From the NCBI GenBank assembly GCA_964057225.1, contig OZ059899.1, positions 21,080,001 through 21,144,000 of the forward strand: DNA of 64,000 nucleotides, read 5' to 3'. Below the pieces are notes generated by a model that worked only from the letters and a program-made list of their open reading frames with translations, ran no database searches and was not told the DNA's origin. Shown piece after piece: positions 12,633-26,800 of this stretch. Numbering within the stretch: position 1 is the stretch's first letter; the number at the start of each line of letters is the position of its first letter. Source of the stretch: Auanema rhodensis. Taxonomy: Eukaryota > Animalia > Nematoda. The position numbers and the translations under genes were made by a program.

Positions 12633-14386
12633 ACACTAATGCATCATTTTTCAAACGATCATAACTAATTTTTGTATTAATCGTTTCTCAATGTAGTATA
12701 GTGCATTCGATGCGGATTTTTAAGCTGCGTCGATCTGTGTTATCAGATTTGCGCTAGCTTGAAAATGCACCGAGATATCAACTGATATAAGTTCACACTT
12801 ATATCCTCGATTTTCACCCTGAAGAATTAATTTTTTCGTTGAATAACATTGTCCATCGTCTTTGCCTTGAAAAAAGGAATCTAAAAACATCTACTTTTTG
12901 CAAAATTATTTTGAAATTTTTTGAAAAAATTTTTGTCAAAATGTTTTTGGAAGCAATGTTGAGTGTACATGGAAACTCAACGTACACTAATGCATCATTT
13001 TTCAAACGATCATAACTAATTTTTGTATTAGACGTTTCTCAATGTAGTATAGTGCATTCGATGCGGATTTTTAAGCTGCGTCGATCTGTGTTATCAGATT
13101 TGCGCTAGCTTAAAAATGCACCGAGATATCAACTGATATAAGTTCACACTTATATCCTCGATTTTCACCCTGAAGAATTAATTTTTTCGTTGAATAACAT
13201 TGTCCATCGTCTTTGCCTTGACAAAAGGAATCTAAAAACATCTACTTTTTGCTAAATTATTTTGAAATTTTTCGAAAAAATTTTTGTCAAAATGTTTTTG
13301 GAAGCAATGTTGAGTGTACATGGAAACTCTACATACACTAAGGCATCATTTTTCAAACGATCATAACTAATTTTTGTATTAAGCGTTTCTCAATACAGTA
13401 TAGTGCATTCGATGCGGATTTTTAAGCTGCGTCGATCTGTATTATTAGATTTGCGCTAGCTTAAAAATGCACCGAGATATCAACTGATATAAGTTCACAC
13501 TTATATCCTCGATTTTCACCCTGAAGAATTAATTTTTTCGTTGAATAACATTGTCCATCGTCTTTGCCTTGAAAAAAGGAATCTAAAAACATCTACTTTT
13601 CGCTAAATTATCTTGAAATTTTTTGAAAAAATTTTTGTCAAAATGTTTTTGGAAGCAATGTTGAGTGTACATGGAAACTCAACATACACTAATGCATCAT
13701 TTTTCAAACGATCATAACTAATTTTTGTATTAAGCGTTTCTCAATGTAGTATAGTGCATTCGATGCGGATTTTTAAGCTGCGTCGATCTGTGTTATCAGA
13801 TTTGCGCTAGCTTAAAAATGCACCGAGATATCAACTTATATAAGTTCACACATATATCCTCGATTTTCACCCTGAAGAATTAATTTTTTCGTTGAATAAC
13901 GTTGTCCATCGTCTTTGCCTTGAAAAAAGGAATCTAAAAACATCTAATTTTTGCTAAATTTTTTTGAAATTTTTCGAAAAAATTTTTGTCAAAATGTTTT
14001 TGGAAGCAATGTTGAGTGTACATGGAAACTCAACATACACTAATGCATCATTTTTCAAACGATCATAACTAATTATTGTATCAAGCGTTTCTCAATGAGT
14101 ATAGTGCATTCGATGCGGATTTTTAAGCTGCGTCGATCTGTGTTATCAGATTTGCGCTAGCTTAAAAATGCACCGAGATATCAACTGATATAAGTTCACA
14201 CTTATATCCTCGATTTTCACCCTGAAGAATTAATTTTTTCGTTGAATAACATTGTCCATCGTCTTTGCCTTGAAAAAAGAAATCTTAAAACATCTACTTT
14301 TTGCTAAATCATTTTGAAATTTTTTGAAAAAATTTTTGTCAAAATGTTTTTGGAAGCAATGTTGAGTGTACATGGAAACTCAACAT
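12283..14386. repeat. 6-monomer higher-order cassette, copy 1 of 3 (others at 16844-18947 and 20001-22104)
   Basis: Ordered private SNPs: agAaatctTaa; tattaaTcg/gcttGaa/gcAaaatt; tattaGacg/ttgaCaaa; aataCag; caactTata/cacAtata/aacGttg; aattAttg/aaatCatt. Confidence 0.9.
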
Positions 14387-15790
14387 ACACTAATGCATCA
14401 TTTTTCAAACGATCATAACTAATTTTTGTATTAAGCGTTTCTCAATGTAGTATAGTGCATTCGATGCGGATTTTTAAGCTGCGTCGATCTGTGTTATCAG
14501 ATTTGCGCTAGCTTAAAAATGCACCGAGATATCAACTAATATAAGTTCACACTTATATCCTCGATTTTCACCCTGAAGAATTAATTTTTTCGTTGAATAA
14601 CAAAGTCCATCGTCTTTGCCTTGAAAAAAGGAATCTAAAAACATCTACTTTTTGCTAAATTATTTTGAAATTTTTTGAAAAAATTTTTGTCAAAATGTTT
14701 TTGGAAGCAATGTTGAGTGTACATGGAAACTCAACATACACTAATGCATCATTTTTCAAACGATCATAACTAATTTTTGTATTAATCGTTTCTCAATGTA
14801 GTATAGTGCATTCGATGCGGATTTTTAAGCTGCGTCGATCTGTGTTATCAGATTTGCGCTAGCTTGAAAATGCACCGAGATATCAACTGATATAAGTTCA
14901 CACTTATATCCTCGATTTTCACCCTGAAGAATTAATTTTTTCGTTGAATAACATTGTCCATCGTCTTTGCCTTGAAAAAAGGAATCTAAAAACATCTACT
15001 TTTCGCTAAATTATCTTGAAATTTTTTGAAAAAATTTTTGTCAAAATGTTTTTGGAAGCAATGTTGAGTGTACATGGAAACTCAACATACACTAATGCAT
15101 CATTTTTCAAACGATCATAACTAATTTTTGTATCAAGCGTTTCTCAATGTAGTATAGTGCATTCGATGCGGATTTTTAAGCTGCGTCGATCTGTGTTATC
15201 AGATTTGCGCTAGCTTAAAAATGCACCGAGATATCAACTGATATAAGTTCACACTTATATCCTCGATTTTCACCCTGAAGAATTAATTTTTTCGTTGAAT
15301 AACATTGTCCATCGTCTTTGCCTTGAAAAAAGGAATCTAAAAACATCTACTTTTTGCTAAATTATTTTGAAATTTTTTGAAAAAATTTTTGTCAAAATGT
15401 TTTTGGAAGCAATGTTGAGTGTACATGGAAACTCAACATACACTAATGCATCATTTTTCAAACGATCATAACTAATTTTTGTATTAATCGTTTCTCAATG
15501 TAGTATAGTGCATTCGATGCGGATTTTTAAGCTGCGTCGATCTGTGTTATCAGATTTGCGCTAGCTTGAAAATGCACCGAGATATCAACTGATATAAGTT
15601 CACACTTATATCCTCGATTTTCACCCTGAAGAATTAATTTTTTCGTTGAATAACATTGTCCATCGTCTTTGCCTTGAAAAAAGGAATCTAAAAACATCTA
15701 CTTTTCGCTAAATTATCTTGAAATTTTTTGAAAAAATTTTTGTCAAAATGTTTTTGGAAGCAATGTTGAGTGTACATGGAAACTCAACAT

Positions 15791-18700
15791 ACACTAATGC
15801 ATCATTTTTCAAACGATCATAACTAATTTTTGTATCAAGCGTTTCTCAATGTAGTATAGTGCATTCAATGCGGATTTTAAAGCTGCGTCGATCTGTGTTA
15901 TCAGATTTGCGCTAGCTTAAAAATGCACCGAGATATCAACTGATATAAGTTCACACTTATATCCTCGATTTTCACCCTGAAGAATTAATTTTTTCGTTGA
16001 ATAACATTGTCCATCGTCTTTGCCTTGAAAAAAGGAATCTAAAAACATCTACTTTTTGCTAAATTATTTTGAAATTTTTTGAAAAAATTTTTGTCAAAAT
16101 GTTTTTGGAAGCAATGTTGAGTGTACATGGAAACTCAACATACACTAATGCATCATTTTTCAAACGATCATAACTAATTTTTGTATTAATCGTTTCTCAA
16201 TGTAGTATAGTGCATTCGATGCGGATTTTTAAGCTGCGTCGATCTGTGTTATCAGATTTGCGCTAGCTTGAAAATGCACCGAGATATCAACTGATATAAG
16301 TTCACACTTATATCCTCGATTTTCACCCTGAAGAATTAATTTTTTCGTTGAATAACATTGTCCATCGTCTTTGCCTTGAAAAAAGGAATCTAAAAACATC
16401 TACTTTTTGCTAAATTATTTTGAAATTTTTTGAAAAAATTTTTGTCAAAATGTTTTTGGAAGCAATGTTGAGTGTACATGGAAACTCAACATACACTAAT
16501 GCATCATTTTTCAAACGATCATAACTAATTTTTGTATTAAGCGTTTCTCAATGTAGTATAGTGCATTCGATGCGGATTTTTAAGCTGCGTCGATCTGTGT
16601 TATCAGATTTGCGCTAGCTTAAAAATGCACCGAGATATCAACTGATATAAGTTCACACTTATATCCTCGATTTTCACCCTGAAGAATTAATTTTTTCGTT
16701 GAATAACATTGTCCATCGTCTTTGCCTTGAAAAAAGGAATCTAAAAACATCTACTTTTTGCTAAATTATTTTGAATTTTTTCGAAAAAATTTTTGTCAAA
16801 ATGTTTTTGGAAGCAATGTTGAGTGTACATGGAAACTCAACATACACTAAGGCATCATTTTTCAAACGATCATAACTAATTTTTGTATCAAGCGTTTCTC
16901 AATGAGTATAGTGCATTCGATGCGGATTTTTAAGCTGCGTCGATCTGTGTTATCAGATTTGCGCTAGCTTAAAAATGCACCGAGATATCAACTGATATAA
17001 GTTCACACTTATATCCTCGATTTTCACCCTGAAGAATTAATTTTTTCGTTGAATAACATTGTCCATCGTCTTTGCCTTGAAAAAAGAAATCTTAAAACAT
17101 CTACTTTTTGCTAAATTATTTTGAAATTTTTTGAAAAAATTTTTGTCAAAATGTTTTTGGAAGCAATGTTGAGTGTACATGGAAACTCAACATACACTAA
17201 TGCATCATTTTTCAAACGATCATAACTAATTTTTGTATTAATCGTTTCTCAATGTAGTATAGTGCATTCGATGCGGATTTTTAAGCTGCGTCGATCTGTG
17301 TTATCAGATTTGCGCTAGCTTGAAAATGCACCGAGATATCAACTGATATAAGTTCACACTTATATCCTCGATTTTCACCCTGAAGAATTAATTTTTTCGT
17401 TGAATAACATTGTCCATCGTCTTTGCCTTGAAAAAAGGAATCTAAAAACATCTACTTTTTGCAAAATTATTTTGAAATTTTTTGAAAAAATTTTTGTCAA
17501 AATGTTTTTGGAAGCAATGTTGAGTGTACATGGAAACTCAACGTACACTAATGCATCATTTTTCAAACGATCATAACTAATTTTTGTATTAGACGTTTCT
17601 CAATGTAGTATAGTGCATTCGATGCGGATTTTTAAGCTGCGTCGATCTGTGTTATCAGATTTGCGCTAGCTTAAAAATGCACCGAGATATCAACTGATAT
17701 AAGTTCACACTTATATCCTCGATTTTCACCCTGAAGAATTAATTTTTTCGTTGAATAACATTGTCCATCGTCTTTGCCTTGACAAAAGGAATCTAAAAAC
17801 ATCTACTTTTTGCTAAATTATTTTGAAATTTTTCGAAAAAATTTTTGTCAAAATGTTTTTGGAAGCAATGTTGAGTGTACATGGAAACTCTACATACACT
17901 AAGGCATCATTTTTCAAACGATCATAACTAATTTTTGTATTAAGCGTTTCTCAATACAGTATAGTGCATTCGATGCGGATTTTTAAGCTGCGTCGATCTG
18001 TATTATTAGATTTGCGCTAGCTTAAAAATGCACCGAGATATCAACTGATATAAGTTCACACTTATATCCTCGATTTTCACCCTGAAGAATTAATTTTTTC
18101 GTTGAATAACATTGTCCATCGTCTTTGCCTTGAAAAAAGGAATCTAAAAACATCTACTTTTCGCTAAATTATCTTGAAATTTTTTGAAAAAATTTTTGTC
18201 AAAATGTTTTTGGAAGCAATGTTGAGTGTACATGGAAACTCAACATACACTAATGCATCATTTTTCAAACGATCATAACTAATTTTTGTATTAAGCGTTT
18301 CTCAATGTAGTATAGTGCATTCGATGCGGATTTTTAAGCTGCGTCGATCTGTGTTATCAGATTTGCGCTAGCTTAAAAATGCACCGAGATATCAACTTAT
18401 ATAAGTTCACACATATATCCTCGATTTTCACCCTGAAGAATTAATTTTTTCGTTGAATAACGTTGTCCATCGTCTTTGCCTTGAAAAAAGGAATCTAAAA
18501 ACATCTAATTTTTGCTAAATTTTTTTGAAATTTTTCGAAAAAATTTTTGTCAAAATGTTTTTGGAAGCAATGTTGAGTGTACATGGAAACTCAACATACA
18601 CTAATGCATCATTTTTCAAACGATCATAACTAATTATTGTATCAAGCGTTTCTCAATGAGTATAGTGCATTCGATGCGGATTTTTAAGCTGCGTCGATCT

Positions 18701-21700
18701 GTGTTATCAGATTTGCGCTAGCTTAAAAATGCACCGAGATATCAACTGATATAAGTTCACACTTATATCCTCGATTTTCACCCTGAAGAATTAATTTTTT
18801 CGTTGAATAACATTGTCCATCGTCTTTGCCTTGAAAAAAGAAATCTTAAAACATCTACTTTTTGCTAAATCATTTTGAAATTTTTTGAAAAAATTTTTGT
18901 CAAAATGTTTTTGGAAGCAATGTTGAGTGTACATGGAAACTCAACATACACTAATGCATCATTTTTCAAACGATCATAACTAATTTTTGTATCAAGCGTT
19001 TCTCAATGTAGTATAGTGCATTCAATGCGGATTTTAAAGCTGCGTCGATCTGTGTTATCAGATTTGCGCTAGCTTAAAAATGCACCGAGATATCAACTGA
19101 TATAAGTTCACACTTATATCCTCGATTTTCACCCTGAAGAATTAATTTTTTCGTTGAATAACATTGTCCATCGTCTTTGCCTTGAAAAAAGGAATCTAAA
19201 AACATCTACTTTTTGCTAAATTATTTTGAAATTTTTTGAAAAAATTTTTGTCAAAATGTTTTTGGAAGCAATGTTGAGTGTACATGGAAACTCAACATAC
19301 ACTAATGCATCATTTTTCAAACGATCATAACTAATTTTTGTATTAATCGTTTCTCAATGTAGTATAGTGCATTCGATGCGGATTTTTAAGCTGCGTCGAT
19401 CTGTGTTATCAGATTTGCGCTAGCTTGAAAATGCACCGAGATATCAACTGATATAAGTTCACACTTATATCCTCGATTTTCACCCTGAAGAATTAATTTT
19501 TTCGTTGAATAACATTGTCCATCGTCTTTGCCTTGAAAAAAGGAATCTAAAAACATCTACTTTTTGCTAAATTATTTTGAAATTTTTTGAAAAAATTTTT
19601 GTCAAAATGTTTTTGGAAGCAATGTTGAGTGTACATGGAAACTCAACATACACTAATGCATCATTTTTCAAACGATCATAACTAATTTTTGTATTAAGCG
19701 TTTCTCAATGTAGTATAGTGCATTCGATGCGGATTTTTAAGCTGCGTCGATCTGTGTTATCAGATTTGCGCTAGCTTAAAAATGCACCGAGATATCAACT
19801 GATATAAGTTCACACTTATATCCTCGATTTTCACCCTGAAGAATTAATTTTTTCGTTGAATAACATTGTCCATCGTCTTTGCCTTGAAAAAAGGAATCTA
19901 AAAACATCTACTTTTTGCTAAATTATTTTGAATTTTTTCGAAAAAATTTTTGTCAAAATGTTTTTGGAAGCAATGTTGAGTGTACATGGAAACTCAACAT
20001 ACACTAAGGCATCATTTTTCAAACGATCATAACTAATTTTTGTATCAAGCGTTTCTCAATGAGTATAGTGCATTCGATGCGGATTTTTAAGCTGCGTCGA
20101 TCTGTGTTATCAGATTTGCGCTAGCTTAAAAATGCACCGAGATATCAACTGATATAAGTTCACACTTATATCCTCGATTTTCACCCTGAAGAATTAATTT
20201 TTTCGTTGAATAACATTGTCCATCGTCTTTGCCTTGAAAAAAGAAATCTTAAAACATCTACTTTTTGCTAAATTATTTTGAAATTTTTTGAAAAAATTTT
20301 TGTCAAAATGTTTTTGGAAGCAATGTTGAGTGTACATGGAAACTCAACATACACTAATGCATCATTTTTCAAACGATCATAACTAATTTTTGTATTAATC
20401 GTTTCTCAATGTAGTATAGTGCATTCGATGCGGATTTTTAAGCTGCGTCGATCTGTGTTATCAGATTTGCGCTAGCTTGAAAATGCACCGAGATATCAAC
20501 TGATATAAGTTCACACTTATATCCTCGATTTTCACCCTGAAGAATTAATTTTTTCGTTGAATAACATTGTCCATCGTCTTTGCCTTGAAAAAAGGAATCT
20601 AAAAACATCTACTTTTTGCAAAATTATTTTGAAATTTTTTGAAAAAATTTTTGTCAAAATGTTTTTGGAAGCAATGTTGAGTGTACATGGAAACTCAACG
20701 TACACTAATGCATCATTTTTCAAACGATCATAACTAATTTTTGTATTAGACGTTTCTCAATGTAGTATAGTGCATTCGATGCGGATTTTTAAGCTGCGTC
20801 GATCTGTGTTATCAGATTTGCGCTAGCTTAAAAATGCACCGAGATATCAACTGATATAAGTTCACACTTATATCCTCGATTTTCACCCTGAAGAATTAAT
20901 TTTTTCGTTGAATAACATTGTCCATCGTCTTTGCCTTGACAAAAGGAATCTAAAAACATCTACTTTTTGCTAAATTATTTTGAAATTTTTCGAAAAAATT
21001 TTTGTCAAAATGTTTTTGGAAGCAATGTTGAGTGTACATGGAAACTCTACATACACTAAGGCATCATTTTTCAAACGATCATAACTAATTTTTGTATTAA
21101 GCGTTTCTCAATACAGTATAGTGCATTCGATGCGGATTTTTAAGCTGCGTCGATCTGTATTATTAGATTTGCGCTAGCTTAAAAATGCACCGAGATATCA
21201 ACTGATATAAGTTCACACTTATATCCTCGATTTTCACCCTGAAGAATTAATTTTTTCGTTGAATAACATTGTCCATCGTCTTTGCCTTGAAAAAAGGAAT
21301 CTAAAAACATCTACTTTTCGCTAAATTATCTTGAAATTTTTTGAAAAAATTTTTGTCAAAATGTTTTTGGAAGCAATGTTGAGTGTACATGGAAACTCAA
21401 CATACACTAATGCATCATTTTTCAAACGATCATAACTAATTTTTGTATTAAGCGTTTCTCAATGTAGTATAGTGCATTCGATGCGGATTTTTAAGCTGCG
21501 TCGATCTGTGTTATCAGATTTGCGCTAGCTTAAAAATGCACCGAGATATCAACTTATATAAGTTCACACATATATCCTCGATTTTCACCCTGAAGAATTA
21601 ATTTTTTCGTTGAATAACGTTGTCCATCGTCTTTGCCTTGAAAAAAGGAATCTAAAAACATCTAATTTTTGCTAAATTTTTTTGAAATTTTTCGAAAAAA

Positions 21701-22104
21701 TTTTTGTCAAAATGTTTTTGGAAGCAATGTTGAGTGTACATGGAAACTCAACATACACTAATGCATCATTTTTCAAACGATCATAACTAATTATTGTATC
21801 AAGCGTTTCTCAATGAGTATAGTGCATTCGATGCGGATTTTTAAGCTGCGTCGATCTGTGTTATCAGATTTGCGCTAGCTTAAAAATGCACCGAGATATC
21901 AACTGATATAAGTTCACACTTATATCCTCGATTTTCACCCTGAAGAATTAATTTTTTCGTTGAATAACATTGTCCATCGTCTTTGCCTTGAAAAAAGAAA
22001 TCTTAAAACATCTACTTTTTGCTAAATCATTTTGAAATTTTTTGAAAAAATTTTTGTCAAAATGTTTTTGGAAGCAATGTTGAGTGTACATGGAAACTCA
22101 ACAT
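15791..22104. repeat. Tandem duplication of a 9-monomer higher-order unit (3157 bp): 15791-18947 and 18948-22104
   Basis: The marker ttcAatgcggattttAaag occurs only at ~15867 and ~19024. ORF-track copies at 17375 and 20532 are 3157 bp apart, and the diagnostic SNPs checked match in order. Confidence 0.9.
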
Positions 22105-23859
22105 ACACTAATGCATCATTTTTCAAACGATCATAACTAATTTTTGTATTAAGCGTTTCTCAATGTAGTATAGTGCATTCGATGCGGATTTTTAAGCTGC
22201 GTCGATCTGTGTTATCAGATTTGCGCTAGCTTAAAAATGCACCGAGATATCAACTAATATAAGTTCACACTTATATCCTCGATTTTCACCCTGAAGAATT
22301 AATTTTTTCGTTGAATAACAAAGTCCATCGTCTTTGCCTTGAAAAAAGGAATCTAAAAACATCTACTTTTTGCTAAATTATTTTGAAATTTTTTGAAAAA
22401 ATTTTTGTCAAAATGTTTTTGGAAGCAATGTTGAGTGTACATGGAAACTCAACATACACTAATGCATCATTTTTCAAACGATCATAACTAATTTTTGTAT
22501 TAATCGTTTCTCAATGTAGTATAGTGCATTCGATGCGGATTTTTAAGCTGCGTCGATCTGTGTTATCAGATTTGCGCTAGCTTGAAAATGCACCGAGATA
22601 TCAACTGATATAAGTTCACACTTATATCCTCGATTTTCACCCTGAAGAATTAATTTTTTCGTTGAATAACATTGTCCATCGTCTTTGCCTTGAAAAAAGG
22701 AATCTAAAAACATCTACTTTTCGCTAAATTATCTTGAAATTTTTTGAAAAAATTTTTGTCAAAATGTTTTTGGAAGCAATGTTGAGTGTACATGGAAACT
22801 CAACATACACTAATGCATCATTTTTCAAACGATCATAACTAATTTTTGTATCAAACGTTTCTCAATGTAGTATAGTGCATTCGATGCGGATTTTTAAGCT
22901 GCGTCGATCTGTGTTATCAGATTTGCGCTAGCTTAAAAATGCACCGAGATATCAACTGATATAAGTTCACACTTATATCCTCGATTTTCACCCTGAAGAA
23001 TTAATTTTTTCGTTGAATAACATTGTCCATCGTCTTTGCCTTGAAAAAAGGAATCTTAAAACATCTACTTTTTGCTAAATTATTCTGAAATTTTTCGAAA
23101 AAATTTTTGTCAAAATGTTTTTGGAAGCAATGTTGAGTGTACATGGAAACTCAACGTACACTAATGCATCATTTTTCAAACGATCATAACTAATTTTTGT
23201 ATTAAGCGTTTCTCAATGTAGTATAGTGCATTCGATGCGGATTTTTAAGCTGCGTCGATCTGTGTTATCAGATTTGCGCTAGCTTAAAAATGCACCGAGA
23301 TATCAACTGATATAAGTTCACACTTATATCCTCGATTTTCACCCTGAAGAATTAATTTTTTCGTTGAATAACATTGTCCATCGTCTTTGCCTTGAAAAAA
23401 GGAATCTAAAAACATCTACTTTTTGCTAAATTATTTTGAAATTTTTTGAAAAAATTTTTGTCAAAATGTTTTTGGAAGCAATGTTGAGTGTACATGGAAA
23501 CTCAACATACACTAATGCATCATTTTTCAAACGATCATAACTAATTTTTGTATTAAGCGTTTCTCAATGTAGTATAGTGCATTCGATGCGGATTTTTAAG
23601 CTGCGTCGATCTGTGTTATCAGATTTGCGCTAGCTTAAAAATGCACCGAGATATCAACTGATATAAGTTCACACTTATATCCTCGATTTTCACCCTGAAG
23701 AATTAATTTTTTCGTTGAATAACATTGTCCATCGTCTTTGCCTTGAAAAAAGGAATCTAAAAACATCTACTTTTTGCTAAATTATTTTGAAATTTTTTGA
23801 AAAAATTTTTGTCAAAATGTTTTTGGAAGCAATGTTGAGTGTACATGGAAACTCAACAT

Positions 23860-26800
23860 ACACTAATGCATCATTTTTCAAACGATCATAACTAATTTTT
23901 GTATTAAGCGTTTCTCAATGTAGTATAGTGCATTCGATGCGGATTTTTAAGCTGCGTCGATCTGTGTTATCAGATTTGCGCTAGCTTAAAAATGCACCGA
24001 GATATCAACTGATATAAGTTCACACTTATATCCTCGATTTTCACCCTGAAGAATTAATTTTTTCGTTGAATAACATTGTCCATCGTCTTTGCCTTGAAAC
24101 AAGGAATCTAAAAACATCTACTTTTTGCTAAATTATTTTGAAATTTTTTGAAAAAATTTTTGTCAAAATGTTTTTGGAAGCAATGTTGACTGTACATGGA
24201 AACTCAACATACACTAATGCATCATTTTTCAAACGATCATAACTAATTTTTGTATTAAGCGTTCCTCAATGTAGTATAGTGCATTCGATGCGGATTTTCA
24301 AGCTGCGTCGATCTGTGTTATCAGATTTGCGCTAGCTTAAAAATGCACCGAGATATCAACTGATATAAGTTCACACTTATATCCTCGATTTTCACCCTGA
24401 AGAATTAATTTTTTCGTTGAATAACATTGTCCATCGTCTTTGCCTTGAAAAAAGGAATCTAAAAACATCTACTTTTTGCTAAATTATTTTGAAATTTTTT
24501 GAAAAAATTTTTGTCAAAATGTTTTTGGAAGCAATGTTGACTGTACATGGAAACTCAACATACACTAATGCATCATTTTTCAAACGATCATAACTAATTT
24601 TTGTATTAAGCGTTTCTCAATGTAGTATAGTGCATTCGATGCGGATTTTTAAGCTGCGTCGATCTGTGTTATCAGATTTGCGCTAGCTTAAAAATGCACC
24701 GAGATATCAACTAATATAAGTTCACACTTATATCCTCGATTTTCACCCTGAAGAATTAATTTTTTCGTTGAATAACAAAGTCCATCGTCTTTGCCTTGAA
24801 AAAAGAAATCTAGAAACATCTACTTTTTGCTAAATTATTTTGAAATTTTTCGAAAAAATTTTTGTCAAAATGTTTTTGGAAGCAATGTTGAGTGTACATG
24901 GAAACTCAACATACACTAATGCATCATTTTTCAAACGATCATAACTAATTTTTGTATTAAGCGTTTCTCAATGTAGTATAGTGCATTCGATGCGGATTTT
25001 TAAGCTGCGTCGATCTGTGTTATCAGATTTGCGCTAGCTTAAAAATGCACCGAGATATCAACTGATATAAGTTCACACTTATATCCTCGATTTTCACCCT
25101 GAAGAATTAATTTTTTCGTTGAATAACAAAGTCCATCGTCTTTGCCTTGAAAAAAGGAATCTTAAAACATCTACTATTTGCTAAATTATTTTGAAATTTT
25201 TCGAAAAAATTTTTGTCAAAATGTTTTTGGAAGCAATGTTGAGTGTACATGGAAACTCAACATACACTAAGGCATCATTTTTCAAACGATCATAACTAAT
25301 TTTTGTATTAAGCGTTTCTCAATATAGTATAGTGCATTCGATGCGGATTTTTAAGCTGCGTCGATCTGTATTATTAGATTTGCGCTAGCTTAAAAATGCA
25401 CCGAGATATCAACTGATATAAGTTCACACTTATATCCTCGATTTTCACCCTGAAGAATTAATTTTTTCGTTGAATAACATTGTCCATCGTCTTTGCCTTG
25501 AAACAAGGAATCTAAAAACATCTACTTTTTGCTAAATTATTTTGAAATTTTTTGAAAAAATTTTTGTCAAAATGTTTTTGGAAGCAATGTTGACTGTACA
25601 TGGAAACTCAACATACACTAATGCATCATTTTTCAAACGATCATAACTAATTTTTGTATTAAGCGTTCCTCAATGTAGTATAGTGCATTCGATGCGGATT
25701 TTCAAGCTGCGTCGATCTGTGTTATCAGATTTGCGCTAGCTTAAAAATGCACCGAGATATCAACTGATATAAGTTCACACTTATATCCTCGATTTTCACC
25801 CTGAAGAATTAATTTTTTCGTTGAATAACATTGTCCATCGTCTTTGCCTTGAAAAAAGGAATCTAAAAACATCTACTTTTTGCTAAATTATTTTGAAATT
25901 TTTTGAAAAAATTTTTGTCAAAATGTTTTTGGAAGCAATGTTGAGTGTACATGGAAACTCAACATACACTAATGCATCATTTTTCAAACGATCATAACTA
26001 ATTTTTGTATTAAGCGTTTCTCAATGTAGTATAGTGCATTCGATGCGGATTTTTAAGCTGCGTCGATCTGTGTTATCAGATTTGCGCTAGCTTAAAAATG
26101 CACCGAGATATCAACTGATATAAGTTCACACTTATATCCTCGATTTTCACCCTGAAGAATTAATTTTTTCGTTGAATAACATTGTCCATCGTCTTTGCCT
26201 TGAAACAAGGAATCTAAAAACATCTACTTTTTGCTAAATTATTTTGAAATTTTTTGAAAAAATTTTTGTCAAAATGTTTTTGGAAGCAATGTTGACTGTA
26301 CATGGAAACTCAACATACACTAATGCATCATTTTTCAAACGATCATAACTAATTTTTGTATTAAGCGTTCCTCAATGTAGTATAGTGCATTCGATGCGGA
26401 TTTTCAAGCTGCGTCGATCTGTGTTATCAGATTTGCGCTAGCTTAAAAATGCACCGAGATATCAACTGATATAAGTTCACACTTATATCCTCGATTTTCA
26501 CCCTGAAGAATTAATTTTTTCGTTGAATAACATTGTCCATCGTCTTTGCCTTGAAAAAAGGAATCTAAAAACATCTACTTTTTGCTAAATTATTTTGAAA
26601 TTTTTTGAAAAAATTTTTGTCAAAATGTTTTTGGAAGCAATGTTGACTGTACATGGAAACTCAACATACACTAATGCATCATTTTTCAAACGATCATAAC
26701 TAATTTTTGTATTAAGCGTTTCTCAATGTAGTATAGTGCATTCGATGCGGATTTTTAAGCTGCGTCGATCTGTGTTATCAGATTTGCGCTAGCTTAAAAA

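Noticed and set aside
12814-13005. 63-aa minus-strand ORF (MKNDALVY...)
   Set aside because: It lies wholly within the satellite, starts at TTG, and exists only because one SNP (gctaaa>gcAaaa at 12902) turns a minus-strand TAG into TTG. The other monomers carry the stop, and there is no recognisable domain.
17375-17566. Second identical 63-aa ORF
   Set aside because: Passive copy of the same variant monomer within the duplicated 6-mer cassette.
20532-20723. Third identical 63-aa ORF
   Set aside because: Passive copy via the 9-mer duplication; identity reflects recent duplication, not coding constraint.
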